Shown: positions 28,487-43,443 of the stretch, piece after piece | Numbering within the stretch: the first letter of the stretch is position 1 | How the letters are laid out: each line of letters begins with the position of its first letter | DNA from: Eledone cirrhosa | Lineage: Eukaryota | NCBI GenBank assembly: GCA_964016885.1 | Contig: OZ024741.1 | Location: 127,782,001-127,846,000 of the forward strand | Reading direction: 5' to 3' | Length of the DNA: 64,000 bases | Program-made: the position numbers and the translations under genes | The notes under the pieces: model-generated | Database searches by the model: none | Told to the model about the DNA's origin: nothing | What the model saw: only the letters and a program-made list of their open reading frames with translations

Positions 28487-28822
28487 GCATGCCCTATGCG
28501 TTTATATATATATATAACCACGTGACACACATATATATATATATATCTATATATCTGTGTGTCACCTGTGTTTATATATATATAAACACATTGGACATAT
28601 ATATATATAAACACATTGGACATATACATATATATATATATATTATACACACATGTAGAACGTATCAAATATGGCCACCCATCTGAGATAAGGAAAACTC
28701 AGAGAACAGCCATGTAAAGGGATCCTCTAATATAAACATAACTTGAAGCCTTTCTTCAAGAAATGCAATGGTGATTCCGAACTAAAAAATAGGGTAATTG
28801 CTGAAAATATTTAGGAAACAGC

Positions 28823-28919
<97 letters not shown>

Positions 28920-28939
28920 TATATATATATATATATATA

Positions 28940-29057
<118 letters not shown>

Positions 29058-29094
29058 TACACACACATATATGTATATATATATACACACACTC

Positions 29095-29135
<41 letters not shown>

Positions 29136-29254
29136 AACATATATGTATGTATATATATACACACACATATATATATTTGTATACACACACATAAATATAT
29201 ACACACGTGCATATATATATGTGTGTGTATGCGAGTATACATATATATCTACGT

Positions 29255-29288
<34 letters not shown>

Positions 29289-29941
29289 GCATATACACCC
29301 AATCACACACATATACATATATACATACATCCACTAACTGTTTTTTTCGGGAAATGCCCTCCACCCATGAAGGAAATAAAACTGCTTATCATGCAATATC
29401 TCCGTAGGATATCATTTATTCGGTCACCTGATATCTCACTCAATGTGTAAACCGTTTTTACAGATAGAATTTCAACACCCCGGGTAAATAATCTTACCCC
29501 TCATACTTCCCCGCCCCCTTGTTAGAGCGGCTTCATCTTGTTTTTTCTATTCCCTGAATCCACCCTCACCCTCTCCCACACCATATCCTCCATACATAAT
29601 CTCACAGGCTCTCTGCTGTGTCTGTTTGTTTGTTATTTTGTTGAAACTATTTCCTACTCATCATTTGGTATCCGTATTATTTTGCCCCCCGTAGTATGTG
29701 CTGTCATATATTGTTAAGTGAAAATTTATCATCTTCCCCGTAAGTTTGTAGAAGCTCAAGGCAGCTTAGATGGAATTTCCTTCATCTCTTTCACTAACTG
29801 TTTCTCTTCCTTATGTTAAAATATTTTACATTTTATATTTTAACATAATGACGATCAGTGATGGACATTCTGTATTTTGGTACTTTCTAGCAGCTTCCAG
29901 GACGAACAATATTCTTTCTATTATTGTTATTATTATTATTA

Positions 29942-31065
29942 CTAGCAACAGGACCCGGCGTTGCACGGGATCGGAAACGTGAAATAGCAACACGCATATG
30001 CAAAGATTGAGGAATGTAGCTGTGTACTTTTTGAATTCCCTTATTCTCAGGCAATGATTGTTCATCTACTGGAAAGGTAGAACACCAGCAGACCGAATCC
30101 AGTAGTGGCAGTGTCAGTGGGCTGATTGCGGAAATCCTGTATGAGAAAGGGGCGTTGTATGTCGTAAGTCTGTTCACGAATTACGTCAAGGATGGGGAAC
30201 ACACGTCAGTCTGAAGGAGCGACGTAGTCAATTGTGTGGAAGCCAAGTAGGGATGTACATTTAAGTAGGGATATTGAGATGATGAAATCAGCCTGGCAAC
30301 GCAGCTGCAGCAGAAGGGGGTCATAGTGCAATTAGCACAAACGCTGGGCGACACTGGTTGCACCGCGTTTACACAGCAACAAAGGTGCGACAAAAGGGGT
30401 CACCGCGGAATTAGCACAACCGCTGTTCGGCGTACTTGCACAGGGCGTTCATACTGCGGTGTAGGTGCAACACACAGACGAGAATTTTACGGTGTCAATA
30501 ACAGGCAACGTACACAGGGCCCGGATTTGCGCGGGATGAAAGCACGAAGCGTCAATAGGGCGCCGACAAAAGTTTTAAGGTCCTCCTTATTTCCTCAATC
30601 CCCCGAAAATGGTCCTGCTTAAAAGTAAGTGTCCTCTGTTAAATAAACCAAATTTTTAACGAAATATTATACGCTACTTACGATGTTTAAGTAGCGTTTA
30701 TATTGAAAATGAAAATGGCATGTAATGCCCAATGCTAATTCGTAAATTTCCTAGGAACCATTATTGGAATCGGAATTGGTCCACAGCAATGCGAGGGGTC
30801 TAACTAACGTGTGCTGCAAATTTCGAGGAAATCGGCTGGATTATTTTTAAGTTACGCCTCAAAAAAGCCTAAAAATGCCTAGAAACCGCGGTTCTGCCTA
30901 GGGCAGAAAAGGTTAACTTTTTTTTTAGCCCATTGCACTTCAAGAAATATAAGTAACGCACGTGTAAAGTTTGAAAAAGATCAGTTGGGTACTTCTCGAG
31001 TTTTAGGGATTTACACAGACAGACACAGACAGACAGACATCTTCTGTTTTATATATATATATAGA
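29942..31065 (-). mobile_element. Non-autonomous Helitron with decayed RepHel N-terminal remnant
   Basis: Minus strand starts TCtatatat...gatgtctgtctg and ends cccgtgcaacgccgggt-cctgttg-CTAG|T (subterminal hairpin plus CTRR). Internal translations include FCC and RLTTYNAPFSY. Confidence 0.8.
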
Positions 31066-31443
31066 CTAGCAGAAAACCACCCACCGGGTGGTTTTCTGCT
31101 AGTATATATATATATTACACACACAGAAATGTATATATATTTCTGTGTGTATATATATATATATTACACACACAGAAATGTATATATATTTCTGTGTGTA
31201 TATATATATATTTCTCTGTGTGTATATATATATATATTACACACACACAGAAATGTATATATGTTTCTGTAGCACTCCTCAATTTCCCCCTCTCTCCCTC
31301 CCGCTATCCCCCTCTCGAAGTCTTCTCTTTCTTTCACTCTCACTCTCTCTCTACGCGTACGCAAAAAACATTCGCACGCGCGCACGTGTTTCCACTGTCG
31401 GAGAGACAGACAGAGAAATTGCTGGTTATATATTATAAGGAGA
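31066..31443 (-). mobile_element. Second short Helitron-like element joined head-to-tail; its 3' end is a perfect hairpin
   Basis: ctagcagaaaaccaccc-acc-gggtggttttctgctag at 31066-31102. The putative 5' end (cacgtgtttccactgtcgga...ttatata...aga) is duplicated at ~32240-32465. Confidence 0.55.
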
Positions 31444-32264
31444 TTATATATACATATGTAACTATGTATATCATCATCATCATCCCCATTATATATATAT
31501 ATAATATGGGCCGAAGCCGAAAAAAATTTTATTCAAAAAATTGTATACTAACATATTCGAATACCAGGTACTATTGGAATCAACAATAGCAGCGTCCTGA
31601 GGGTCATTACAAAACACACATTCGCGAGAATTAGTGTTTAAGGCTTGGAAGGTGGTAAAAAAATCCACAAAATCTTCCATTCTTTTTTAAAAAAAATTTA
31701 TTTTTAATAATATTTAAATAACTGGCGGTTAGAAAAAAATATTCCTATAAAATTTTAATCATAACATTAGGTGTGAATAAGGAAATATTTTTTTATTGTC
31801 AAAACAAATGTTCAAAAGTTAAACTTCAATTTTTTGAATTATTTCCAATTTTTTCATGAAATTGAACACTGGACATTGGCTGCTGGAAATGGAAATTAAA
31901 TCGTATTTAAATTTCTAACCTTATTTTATTATTTATATTTTTTCAATAAGAAATAAAAAAAAACAACAAAAAAAATTGAAGAAAAAAATTGAACAAATCA
32001 AACGTAGGTTATGGAACTGCGCAATCTGATTAATAAATTACCTCATCAGCAGCAACCTTCTTCAAATGGTCCTTATTATCAGCAGCAACAACCACAAATT
32101 CAATGGCAACCTTCTTCGCATGGAGTCAAGTCAGAACCGCCTCGAACTGGTTACTTCTGGCTTGTGCAAGGTGTCTCTATAGCAACCAGCGATTCCCTCG
32201 GCCTCAGTGACCAAAGTCAGTGGAGAGGGGAAGGTAATGTTTCTGTAGCACGTGTTTTAGCGTC

Positions 32265-32341
<77 letters not shown>

Positions 32342-32558
32342 TCTCCCTCCCGCTATCCCCCTCTCGTAGTCTGTCTCTTTCTTTCACTCTCACCCTCTCT
32401 CTACGCACGTGTTTCCACTGTCGGACAGATAGACAGAGAAATTGCTGGTTATATATATAAGTAGATTACACTCTGCTTAGTGCAACACCTTTGAACTTAC
32501 GGGAAACTACGCATCGAGTGATCACTCCGGTGAACCTACAGTAACGGGACGTTACAAT

Positions 32559-33562
<1,004 letters not shown>

Positions 33563-33563
33563 G

Positions 33564-33601
<38 letters not shown>

Positions 33602-33619
33602 ATATTTGTATATATGTGA

Positions 33620-33722
33620 GTCCCGGGTTCAATCGGAGGTAGCCACAGTAAATGAAGGCTTTCCTGATGATTTCTTTCGAATGAAACAGTTCTAGTCCTG
33701 AAGAAGCCATTTCTATATTAAA
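33620..33722 (+). mobile_element. pLTR-like fragment with a hammerhead-like core; related copy at 50388-50515
   Basis: cCTGATGAtttctttcgaatGAAAcagttctagTC; shared with atgatttctcccgaatgaaacagttctagtcctg at 50388. Confidence 0.5.
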
Positions 33723-33748
33723 TTATATATATATATATATATATATAT

Positions 33749-35544
33749 ACGGAGTGCAGCGCGACTTACGTCGGACAGACGGGACGTCGCCTGGCGGACA
33801 GATTCACTGAGCACCTCCGGGATATTCGTCTCGGTGGTAGTTCCCCCATCGCCCGCCACTTTGGTGCCCCTGGACATTCCGCACGCCATCTCACAGTCTG
33901 TGGCCTACTCCAATGCCACGTAACACCCGGCAATCTCCTCAGAGTTGAACAAAGAACCATCTTCATCTTACAGACCCACACTCCCCCCGGCCTGAACTCC
34001 CCACCCTTATTCCTTTAGCCTTAGACCGCCCCCTCCCCCACACATATCCCCCACTAACACCACTAACACACCCCTCCTTTTCACCGCCCACCCCACAACT
34101 AACAATACTAACACCTCCACTCCACCCCTCATCCGACCACCCTTCCCCAACTAACATACTAACATCCCTCCCTTCTTCTCATCCCCCCTCCTTATCACAC
34201 GCACACACCCACATCTATACACGCGTTCACACTAAACACACACCCTACTACCACCACTAACCCTCACCCCCACACATCCACCCCACCACCCCGCAACTAA
34301 CATCACTAACACCCCCTGACCCCAAGCACACGAACACACGCACCCACTTACACCACCCACCCTACACGCAACTAACATCACTAACACCCCAAACCCCACG
34401 CACACGTACACACACCCTCTTACACCACCCACTCTACACACCCTACCACCACTAACCCCCACTCACACCCGCACTCAACCCTTTCTCCACATCCCGTATA
34501 CTAACACCCCCTTCATCAAACTACACACACACCAGTACACCACACTCCCTCCATCGACCCCCACACCCTTCTCTCCCCGCTCCACCCACACCCTTTCTCA
34601 AACACTCACTCATCCCACTAACACCTCTACTAATACACACACACCCCCTCCTTACACCAACTTTCACACCTACCCTTCCTTGCCCCTTTACCATTCCACG
34701 CTATTGCTGCTATGCCCTTTGACCACCTCCCAGCACACACAGACACACAGCACTCCTCCTGCCTTGACCACTTCCTGTTGCGCGCGCACCCCACATCTCC
34801 CCTCTTCCGACCATCTCTTCACGGATTACTCGTATGTGGACCTTGACCGTGGAATCAACTACCATCCTAGGATTTACTAACCATTCCACAACATCTTCTT
34901 ACGGAATCACCTTTTTGACTCACCCACACACACACACCCCCCAACATTTTTTTTTACCACACGCCACCTACACCCACAACACACTTAAACCCCACACACA
35001 CGTGCGTTCCACCACATATTTACACATTCAGCCTCCGGATTCCTCTCCCCCACCCCTCTATCCACACACGCACACACACTCCGACCTACACCCCACCCCA
35101 CACACACCTCTTCCTGAACATGCAACCCCGTTCTTCCCCCAACCCTTGCTTTCACATACACACACACACACACACGTACACCTACACACACACACCACCT
35201 TCAGCCCTCCCCGCTCGGACACCCCGTCTCCCTCTCCCCACTCCACCCGCCACCACCCCTACACGCCCCACACCCTTCCACCACCTGTTTTACTCCATTT
35301 TAATTTTATTTTGATCATGCTTTTATTTTTAATTTCATTCGCACCGTTTCCTCCCACCCCCTTTTCGCTATATGTCTCTCCACCATTCCCTACACACCCT
35401 TTGAACTCTCTTCCCACACACTTTTCACCTGAAGAAGGGCTTATGCCCGAAACCTCGTTTGCCACCACACCCCACTCTCAAGAGCGTGAAATTAATAAAC
35501 ATTCGTTGTACTGCCTCTCTATTTTGTTCCTGTTCAAATTTTCC

Positions 35545-35548
<4 letters not shown>
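33749..35548 (+). mobile_element. 5'-truncated Penelope-like element flanked by (TA)n: GIY-YIG C-terminal half (33749-34018), C-rich 3' UTR and hammerhead-like motif (~35426-35462)
   Basis: Manual translation (not in the ORF track): ECSATYVGQTGRRLADRFTEHLRDIR...PIARHF...GHS...LRVEQRTIFILQTHTPPGLN. UTR has CTGAAGAAGGGcttatGCCCGAAAC, then AATAAA. Confidence 0.9.
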
Positions 35549-35575
<27 letters not shown>

Positions 35576-35904
35576 TAAAATATGGAGAAAAATACTGCAG
35601 GTAGCGCATGGATAACATGTAATAAAATGAGTCCCTCATCAGTGATTTGCCGACGATCATAGATATTTCATTGCATTAAAAATCATATACCTCACGTCGG
35701 TGCAATAATAACTAAAATAAGTTATTAGGACAATTAAAACACGTAAAGCGAGTGAGACAGGAGAACAACAAAGAGTATAGCTAACCGTAGGGGAATGAAA
35801 CAAGCTTCATAATTATTCTGTTTAGCATAAGCTAGGTGAATATATGAGCGCTTTAGAAAAAAGACCTTACACGAACGAAGGCCATATAAAATTATATGTA
35901 TATA

Positions 35905-35971
<67 letters not shown>

Positions 35972-36075
35972 TGAACAATGAAAACCCCAAATTACGAAAT
36001 TAGGTGTTTAATTAATTAATTGTTTTACGATTGTTTCAAAGGGTGAAATATCCAAACTTCATTGAGTTCTAATTA

Positions 36076-36109
36076 TATACTTAATTTTACCTTAATTAGG
36101 TAAAATTAA

Positions 36110-36116
<7 letters not shown>
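36076..36116. repeat. Short palindrome beside (TA)n
   Basis: tatac-ttaattttacct-taatt-aggtaaaattaa-gtgta. Confidence 0.8.
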
Positions 36117-36181
<65 letters not shown>

Positions 36182-36344
36182 GGGATAACAGGTTATCGTT
36201 ATGGCAGTCCACTTAGATGTAGGCGCAAAATCAGGCGTACAGCGAACTCTAGACCTGCCAGATCAAAGAAACAATTGTCAGTAATGTGAATAAAGCCCCT
36301 ATTGTATAGCGAACCATGTCAATCTTCTTTCTTGAATTATATAT

Positions 36345-36379
<35 letters not shown>

Positions 36380-36400
36380 AATCTAACAATAATAATGATG

Positions 36401-36461
<61 letters not shown>

Positions 36462-36463
<2 letters not shown>

Positions 36464-39400
36464 CTTTCTTTATTAACCATAAGGGTTTACATAAAGTAGA
36501 CATTAAGGACAGTACAGGACAATACATTTCTGCGTGTAAAAAAACAAAAACAGAGGATGTATAAAAAAAAACAATGAAAAATTCCCCAACAGGGGGGAGA
36601 CTTCCGAGGGACATTTGTGGAGAAAGCCCATTAAAAGGCCACAGTGACCCTGACCACCAGGGCAAGTGCTCTCTCCCAGTTTTCCACCTTTAATTTACAG
36701 ACACATACTCAGAGTATTCATTCGGGCCATATTTGCTTCTCTCACCCATCTTTCAACAAAATGCTGGGAAGAGAGCACTCCCCTCTCTACCCTGATTTTC
36801 CTTTTCAAATGAAATTTGAAAAAGTTAATCAGGGCATCACCGAAGAGGTAAGTGCTCGTCTTCAGCCCTTTCAAACGTGTCCACCATACTATCTCTTTCG
36901 CCATGGTCACCAGACAGATAAAAAATGCCTACCCTTCCCGGCTAAAGGAAGAGGGCGGGGCAATCCTCACGATGGACTCAGCTGATAGCTGGATCCGTCC
37001 TACACGGGACAGCAGGTGTTCGACATAAACCCACAAGTCAGCAATGCTCGGACACTGGATGAGTGCGTGCAGGACGGTTTCGTCGCCCTGCGCGCATCTC
37101 GGACATGCCCGGCTGACGGCACCTCCATGCCTGTAGAGTTTATCCCGAACTGGCAAAGCTCCTCGGTAGCACTGCCAGGCCAGGGATTTCTGGAAGTTGT
37201 CCATAGGCCCCAGCCCGAAAGTTCTTCCGAAGAGATTGGCTAGTTGATTTTCGTCGACGCCTAGAGTTTCTCCAAGTACGTCGTTGCTCTTCCCCTCCAC
37301 TAATCCTCTATAGAACGCCAAGGTGGAGTTTCCACCGATCACATTGCCCGATTGGTCGAGGGCTGTGAGCGCCTGAAGACATTCCAGTCTCCAAGCCTCC
37401 CTCTCGGTCTTCGCTTGACCCAGGACTGCAGCTCCGTCAAGGAGACGAGCTGGGGAAAGACGCGTCTAGCAAACGGCGACCACACCTGATCACCATCGAG
37501 GAAGAGGTGGAGATGTCGTAGCCTGAGCGCGTGTCTGCGCATAATCAACCACGGCATGCCCAGCCCTCCACGTAGCGGGTGTTGACAACAGATGGACCGC
37601 CTGACCATCGGAGCGCGTCCCCTTCACAAAAAGCGAAAGAGCAAACGCTCTAGCGCAGTCAGGCGGGGCTTAGGACAAGGTACGACGGTCAGGCGGTAGC
37701 AGATGACGGACGTGATGTACGCGTTAGCCACCTCCACTCGACCTTTCAGGGATAGCTTCCTCTCAGCCCATTTCTCACCTCGTCCCAGTTTTTGTTCGTC
37801 TGGAGGTCCGGACCGAACCAGACTGCGTTGGGGAATTTCGTTTTAATGTTTGTGTATTGCTTCTGTGCTATTCTTACCAGTCTTATGTTCGTTGGTGTTT
37901 TGATTTGGTGCTGGTATTATGTAGTCGTGCTGTGAAATGTCTGTGTGTTCAATTATGTAAGTCATTAGTTTCTTGTTGTATGTATTTATTGCTGTGCATT
38001 TGTTTTTCTGGGGGTGGGGTGTGGTTCTGCTATTTTCTTGTCGTTGTTGCTGGGTGTGTGTGTTTTGTTGTGTTTGCGATGTTAGTGCTTGTGGTGGTGG
38101 TGTTGAAGGTATTGTTGTTGTTTGCGGTGGGGTTGCCGTCGGTGGTGATGGTGGTGCTAGTGTGGGTGGTGATGGTGTTGGTGGTGTTGCTGCTGTAAGT
38201 CTCTTTGCAGTAGCCTGTTTTCATTTCTTTCCTCCCTTTTCGAAGGCGACGATGCGTTGCTTCTGCGTATGTGCCTTCTTGCGACCTTTTGCCATCCCTC
38301 TCTCACCTCACACTCCATGTCCGATTCTGTGAGGTCGGGGAGGGGTACCAGCTCCACTCTTTCACTTGTTGTTGTTGGTGATGTTTGCAGTGGAGTCTCT
38401 ATTGCAGCTGCAGTTGGTATTACTGTTGTTGTTGTTAATACTTCCACTGCTGCTGCTGTTCTTGATTTCCGTGGCGTGGGTATGGGTGCCACGGACCTAT
38501 CCTTCCTGGTTGCTGCCTGTCCTGTTGCTGGTAGCCGTGGAGCCGGTTTCGGAAGAAGGGGGGTTTTCTCCTTTCTCAGGGTCTTCTCATTGCAGAAGGC
38601 CCTGAGGTGAGTCTTCGATCCACAGCGAAAGCATTTCGGGCATTTGCCCTCAACACTTATGGGCAGTTGAGTGCCGTTATCGAAGTCTATCACATCCGGG
38701 ATAGCTTCGATGCACTCCTGGTTGGTTTGGATTAACATCTCAATGGAGGTGCCGACCCAATCTTCTCGTACTTTTTTCTGTACTTGCAGTACAGTTGTTT
38801 TGTCCTCGATTCCGACGAGGACAGACGTGGCCAGCCAAGAATGGGCCATCCCGGGGGGCGTGAGTCAGTTTGACCCTCACAATTTTTTGTCCGCAGTAGG
38901 AGGGCACCAACAACATTTCCTCGCTCCTTAGGGTCACTAAGGATTGAGCCTTTGCCTCCTGGGGTGTGGCAAAAAGCACGTCCACGGTGGCATATTTCTT
39001 GCCTCGTGTGATATGCGTTTTCCGCTGCCACACAGAACCTAAGGCTTTTTGTATTTGAGCCTCTGTGGCTCTTTCAACCCTACGGGATTTTGTGCTTACT
39101 GTACGGTACGTGACCGTACAGTGCTGTTGGGTTTCGAAAAACTTTTCGGCTGCCTTGCAGATTGCTCGGTGTCCGGTTTTCGTCACCATTTTCTTTGCTT
39201 CCTGTAATTCCTCATTTGTTATAAGGATGGTTTCCAGGTTCTTCGCAAACGAGATTGGTGTTTCTTTCTTGTTGTTGTTGTTGTTGTTGTTGTTGTCGTC
39301 GGAGCAGCTGTTACTTTTGTTGTTGCTGCTGGTACTACGACCGCCGCCGCCGCTGTTGCTGTGGTTGTTGTTGTTGTTGCTGCTGCTGCTGTCGTTGTTG

Positions 39401-39992
39401 CTATTGCTGCTGCTGCTGTTGTTGTTTATGCTGCTGCTGATGTTGTTGCGGCTGCTACTAGTGTTTTCCTTGTCACTGTTGCTGCTGCTGCTGTTATTAC
39501 GGCTGCTACTGCTATTCTTCATGACGTCAGACGAATGAAATGGCTTTCCGTATTTACCGCACACATTTTTCGTCGTTGTCGTCGTCGTGGAGAAATGTTC
39601 CACGGTATGCACGTGCTCTTGGTGAAACCTCTCAGAAACTATATTTTTCTTTTTCTTTAATGGCGTCGCTTGCGAAAGAGAAGGGAGGGAGAGAGACAAT
39701 CTTCTCTCTGATGTAGTGACGATTGAGGAATTAGAAGATGGAATGAGTGGGAGTGACTTGTGAAAATTCTTTTTGTAGCCATGTTTTTTTTGTTCTAAAA
39801 TGAATATTGGGCACAAAAACCCAATAAGCGGTTATTTAACCCCGAAGGGCCAAATAACGGGCAGAAAGACCGCTCTCACGAGGAGGCGGGTGTTTTTATC
39901 TACAATTTGGTTAAAGTTTTAAACAATTTACAATTGTTATAGCGGTTAAAAATTACTGTACCTTACAGAGCCGAGCCTCCGTCAACCATGGC
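36462..39992 (-). mobile_element. Tx1/L1-clade LINE retaining 5' UTR, ORF1 and ORF2 C-terminus but lacking EN and RT; inserted in (TAA)n
   Basis: ORF1 fragments 38157-39816 carry the knuckle CFRCGSKTHLRAFC. ORF2 tail has GGLGMP and CPRC..DETVLHALIQC, homologous to 12200-13230. Deletion junction at ~37825. (TAA)n at 36385-36461 and 39996-40020. Confidence 0.9.
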
Positions 39993-40109
39993 ATTCAATA
40001 ATAATAATAATAATAATAATTGTAGTAGTGAGTAAAATCGAAGTTGCAGCTGCGATTAGCAGTTTTCGAAATCAATCTTCTGAGTCTGGCACGAAGCACT
40101 CTATGAGAT

Positions 40110-40220
40110 AATTGTTTCTACTTTAGGCACAAGGCCAGCAAATACCCCAGTGCATTACTGGTACTTTATTTTATCGACCCCGTAAGGATGAAAGGCAAAG
40201 TCAACCTCGGCGGGATTTGG
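40110..40220 (-). mobile_element. tRNA-derived SINE fragment bracketed by a direct repeat (cactctatgagataat)
   Basis: SINE consensus; cactctatgagataat at ~40097 and ~40230. Confidence 0.8.
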
Positions 40221-40369
40221 TGATAATATCACTCTATGAGATAATATCGACAAATCGATAAATTATAGTTCAGAGTAATAACAATACGTTAGCGATGTGA
40301 CACAGTGAAAATTTCGATCGGAGACATGTTGCCACATTGCTACTACAACAACGAAAATACAAACAGGTT

Positions 40370-40480
40370 AAAGCCGAAGTCGTCTTCCTCACTGATTAAC
40401 GTATACACTAATCGGTTAGGTTCGTATTTTAAAAGACCGAAGCTGTGTCCATTCTATCCGATAAGCTTCGTTCCATAATT
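40370..40480. repeat. Dispersed repeat, reverse-complement match to 9628-9780 (partial further copy at 10264-10345)
   Basis: cgaagtcgtcttcctcactgattaacgta and tccattctat.cgataagcttcgt match the 9.7-kb copy. Confidence 0.75.
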
Positions 40481-41044
40481 AATTATACCCCCCCTCCCAC
40501 ACACACACACACACATACACGCACACATATATACTTTTCAAAATGGCCGACTAACCACAACGAATGCTTTCTCTCCTTGCTATCCTTTCCTCGCTTACTC
40601 TTTTATTCTCGTCTCCCCTTTTCTTCTCTCGTTCAAACATTATTTCCTTTCTCTTTTTCTCTCTTCCAAGGACAACTAGAATACGAAACGTTAAGTCTCT
40701 TTTCCAACTATATAAAGCGTTCAAATAATATATCATCATTGTATTGTATTGTTCTTCTATGTTGTTTTCCATACATATCATATTTAAATATAGAAAGACA
40801 TAACAGTATCGCGTGAAAATCTTCAATGGAGTTACGGTTATGAATTTGCAGATAGAATAAAAGAGATGTAATTACGTCATTTAACGAAGTGGAAAGATGT
40901 AATGCGTGGAAAATCTACAGCGGTTTTCGCTTTTTAAATAAGTAGTATACTTGAATAAATGTTTCTTACTACTATGTATGGATAATTATGTTAATCAAAG
41001 TAATAAATTTAAAACTAATTATGCTGATAATGATGATAATAATA

Positions 41045-41620
41045 ATTGTTTCGACTTTAAGCATAAGGTCAGCAATTTGAAGGAAAGGGAAAGTCAATTA
41101 AATCGATCCCAGTGCATTACTGGTGCTTTATTTTATCTATCCCGTAAAGAATGAAAGGCAAAGCTAACCTCGGAGGGGGTTGAACTCAGAACGTAAAGGG
41201 CTGTAACCCTATGCTGCGAAGCATGTTGTCCGACGATCTATCGATACTGCCAATGGTTTCTGATTTAGGCCCAAGGCTAACAAATTTTGGGAAGGGGAAA
41301 GTCGATTATATCGACCCCTGTGCGTTACTGGTACTTTAGTTTATCGACTCCGTAAGGATGAAAGGCAAATCTAACCTTGGCGGGATTTGAACTTAGAACG
41401 TAAGGGGCTGTTACTCTATGCCACAGAGCATGTTCTCCGACGATCTACTGATACTGTCAACCCACCACCCTTAAATAATGGTTTCTAATTTTAGCACACG
41501 GCCAACAATTTTTGGGAGAGGGGAAAGTCGATTAAATCGACCAAGTGCGTTACTGGTACTTTAGTTTGTCAACCCCTTAAGGATAAAAGGTTGAGCTAAC
41601 CTCGGAGAGATTTGAACTTA
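41045..41620 (-). mobile_element. Tandem array of three tRNA-derived SINE copies
   Basis: SINE consensus repeated with ~210-bp period. Confidence 0.88.
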
Positions 41621-41731
41621 ATTGAACGTTTTACCAATATTGCCAACACACACTCTCTCTCTCACACACACATACATACATACAAACACACACATATTCG
41701 CGCACGCACACACACGCACACACACGCACAC

Positions 41732-41779
<48 letters not shown>

Positions 41780-42021
41780 GAGTATATAAAAAAAAATTGA
41801 TATGTATATATATGTGTGTGTGTGTATGTGTGTGTGTGTATATATATACCCACATACACACCACACACATAGATCTCCAGAATGACTAAGCGGTAACAGG
41901 TCGATTATGTCGTTATATACTTAACTGGGAATAAAATATACAAATAAAAACTTTAAACTAAATATACCTGTCCACCCAGCTTTAGCATCTCACCTCCTCC
42001 ATTTCACAATCTCGTATAATA

Positions 42022-42948
42022 TGGTGGTGGTGGTGGTGGTGGTGGTGGTGGTGGTGACGCTGGTGGTTGTGGTGGTGGTAGTGGTGGTGCTGGTGGTGGT
42101 GACTGGTGGTGGTGACACTGGTGGTGCTGGTGGTGTTGGTGGTGGTGGGGCTGATGGTGGTGGTGGTGACGCTGGAGGTTGTGGTGCTGGTGGTGGTGGT
42201 GGTGGGGCTGGTGGTGGTGGTGGTGAAGGTGGTGGTGGTGTTGCTGGTGGCGACGCTGGTGGTTGTGGTGCTGGTGGTGGTGACACTGGTGGTGCTGGTG
42301 GTGTTGGTGGTGAAGGTGGTGGCGAGGGTGGTGGTGGTGTTGGTAGTGGTGTTAGTGGTGGTGGTGGTGCTGGTTGTGGTGACACTGGTGGTGGTGGTGG
42401 TAGTGGTACTGGTGGTGGTGGTGGTGAAGGTGGTGGTGGTGTTGGTGGTGACGGGGGTGGTGGTGGTGTTGGTAGTGGTGTTAGTGGTGGTGGTGCTGGT
42501 TGTGGTGACACTGGTGGTGGTGGTGGTGGTGGTAGTGGTACTGGTGGTGGTGGTGGTGAAGGTGGTGGTGGTGGTGGTGAAGGTGGTGGTGGTGTTGGTG
42601 GTGGTGTTAGTGGTGGTGGTGCTGGTTGTGGTGACGCTGGTGGTGGTGGTGTTGGTGGTACTGGTGGTGGTGGTGGTGAAAGTGGTGGTGGTGTTGGTGG
42701 TGGTGTTAGTGGTGGTGGTGGTGGTTGTGGTGACGCTGGTGGTGGTGGTGGTGGTGTTGGTGGTGGTGATAGTGGTACTGGTGGTGGTACTGGTACTGGT
42801 GGTGTTGGTGGTGGTGATAGTGGTACTGGTGGTGGTGGTGATAGTGGTACTGGTGGTGGTGGTGGTACTTGTACTGGTGGTGGTGGTGGTGGTGATAGTG
42901 GTACTGGTGGTGGTGATAGTGGTACTGGTGGTGGTGGTGGTGGTGGAT
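42022..42948. repeat. Degenerate (GGT)n repeat with higher-order units
   Basis: Read directly from the sequence. Confidence 0.95.
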
Positions 42949-43015
42949 GTGAAGATTGAATTAGTGATTGTAGTTAGAATGTTTATCACACAACGTTCTC
43001 ACGTCATCTCATCAA

Positions 43016-43085
<70 letters not shown>

Positions 43086-43392
43086 ACGCACACACACGCA
43101 TATGAGCACACACAACCATACACAGATATACGGACATACACACACACACGTACTGATGGACATATACACGCACTCATACAAACATATAACTACACTGGCA
43201 ATCACACAAACTGTCATACACAAACATAACAACTAATATACGCATTCACACACATTTTCACACACACACACATTTTCACACACACACACACACACATATA
43301 TGTATATCGGGGCCTGTTTACAGTTTCGCCATCCAACGTCCAGTGTGAGTTCACAAGACTTGAGAGAACCCATTGTTTATAAGTGTCAAACA

Positions 43393-43443
<51 letters not shown>

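Noticed and set aside
41982-43236. Mucin-like Thr-rich or Gly-rich protein
   Set aside because: A (GGT)n repeat open in most frames, with no signal peptide, unique domain or supported splice context.
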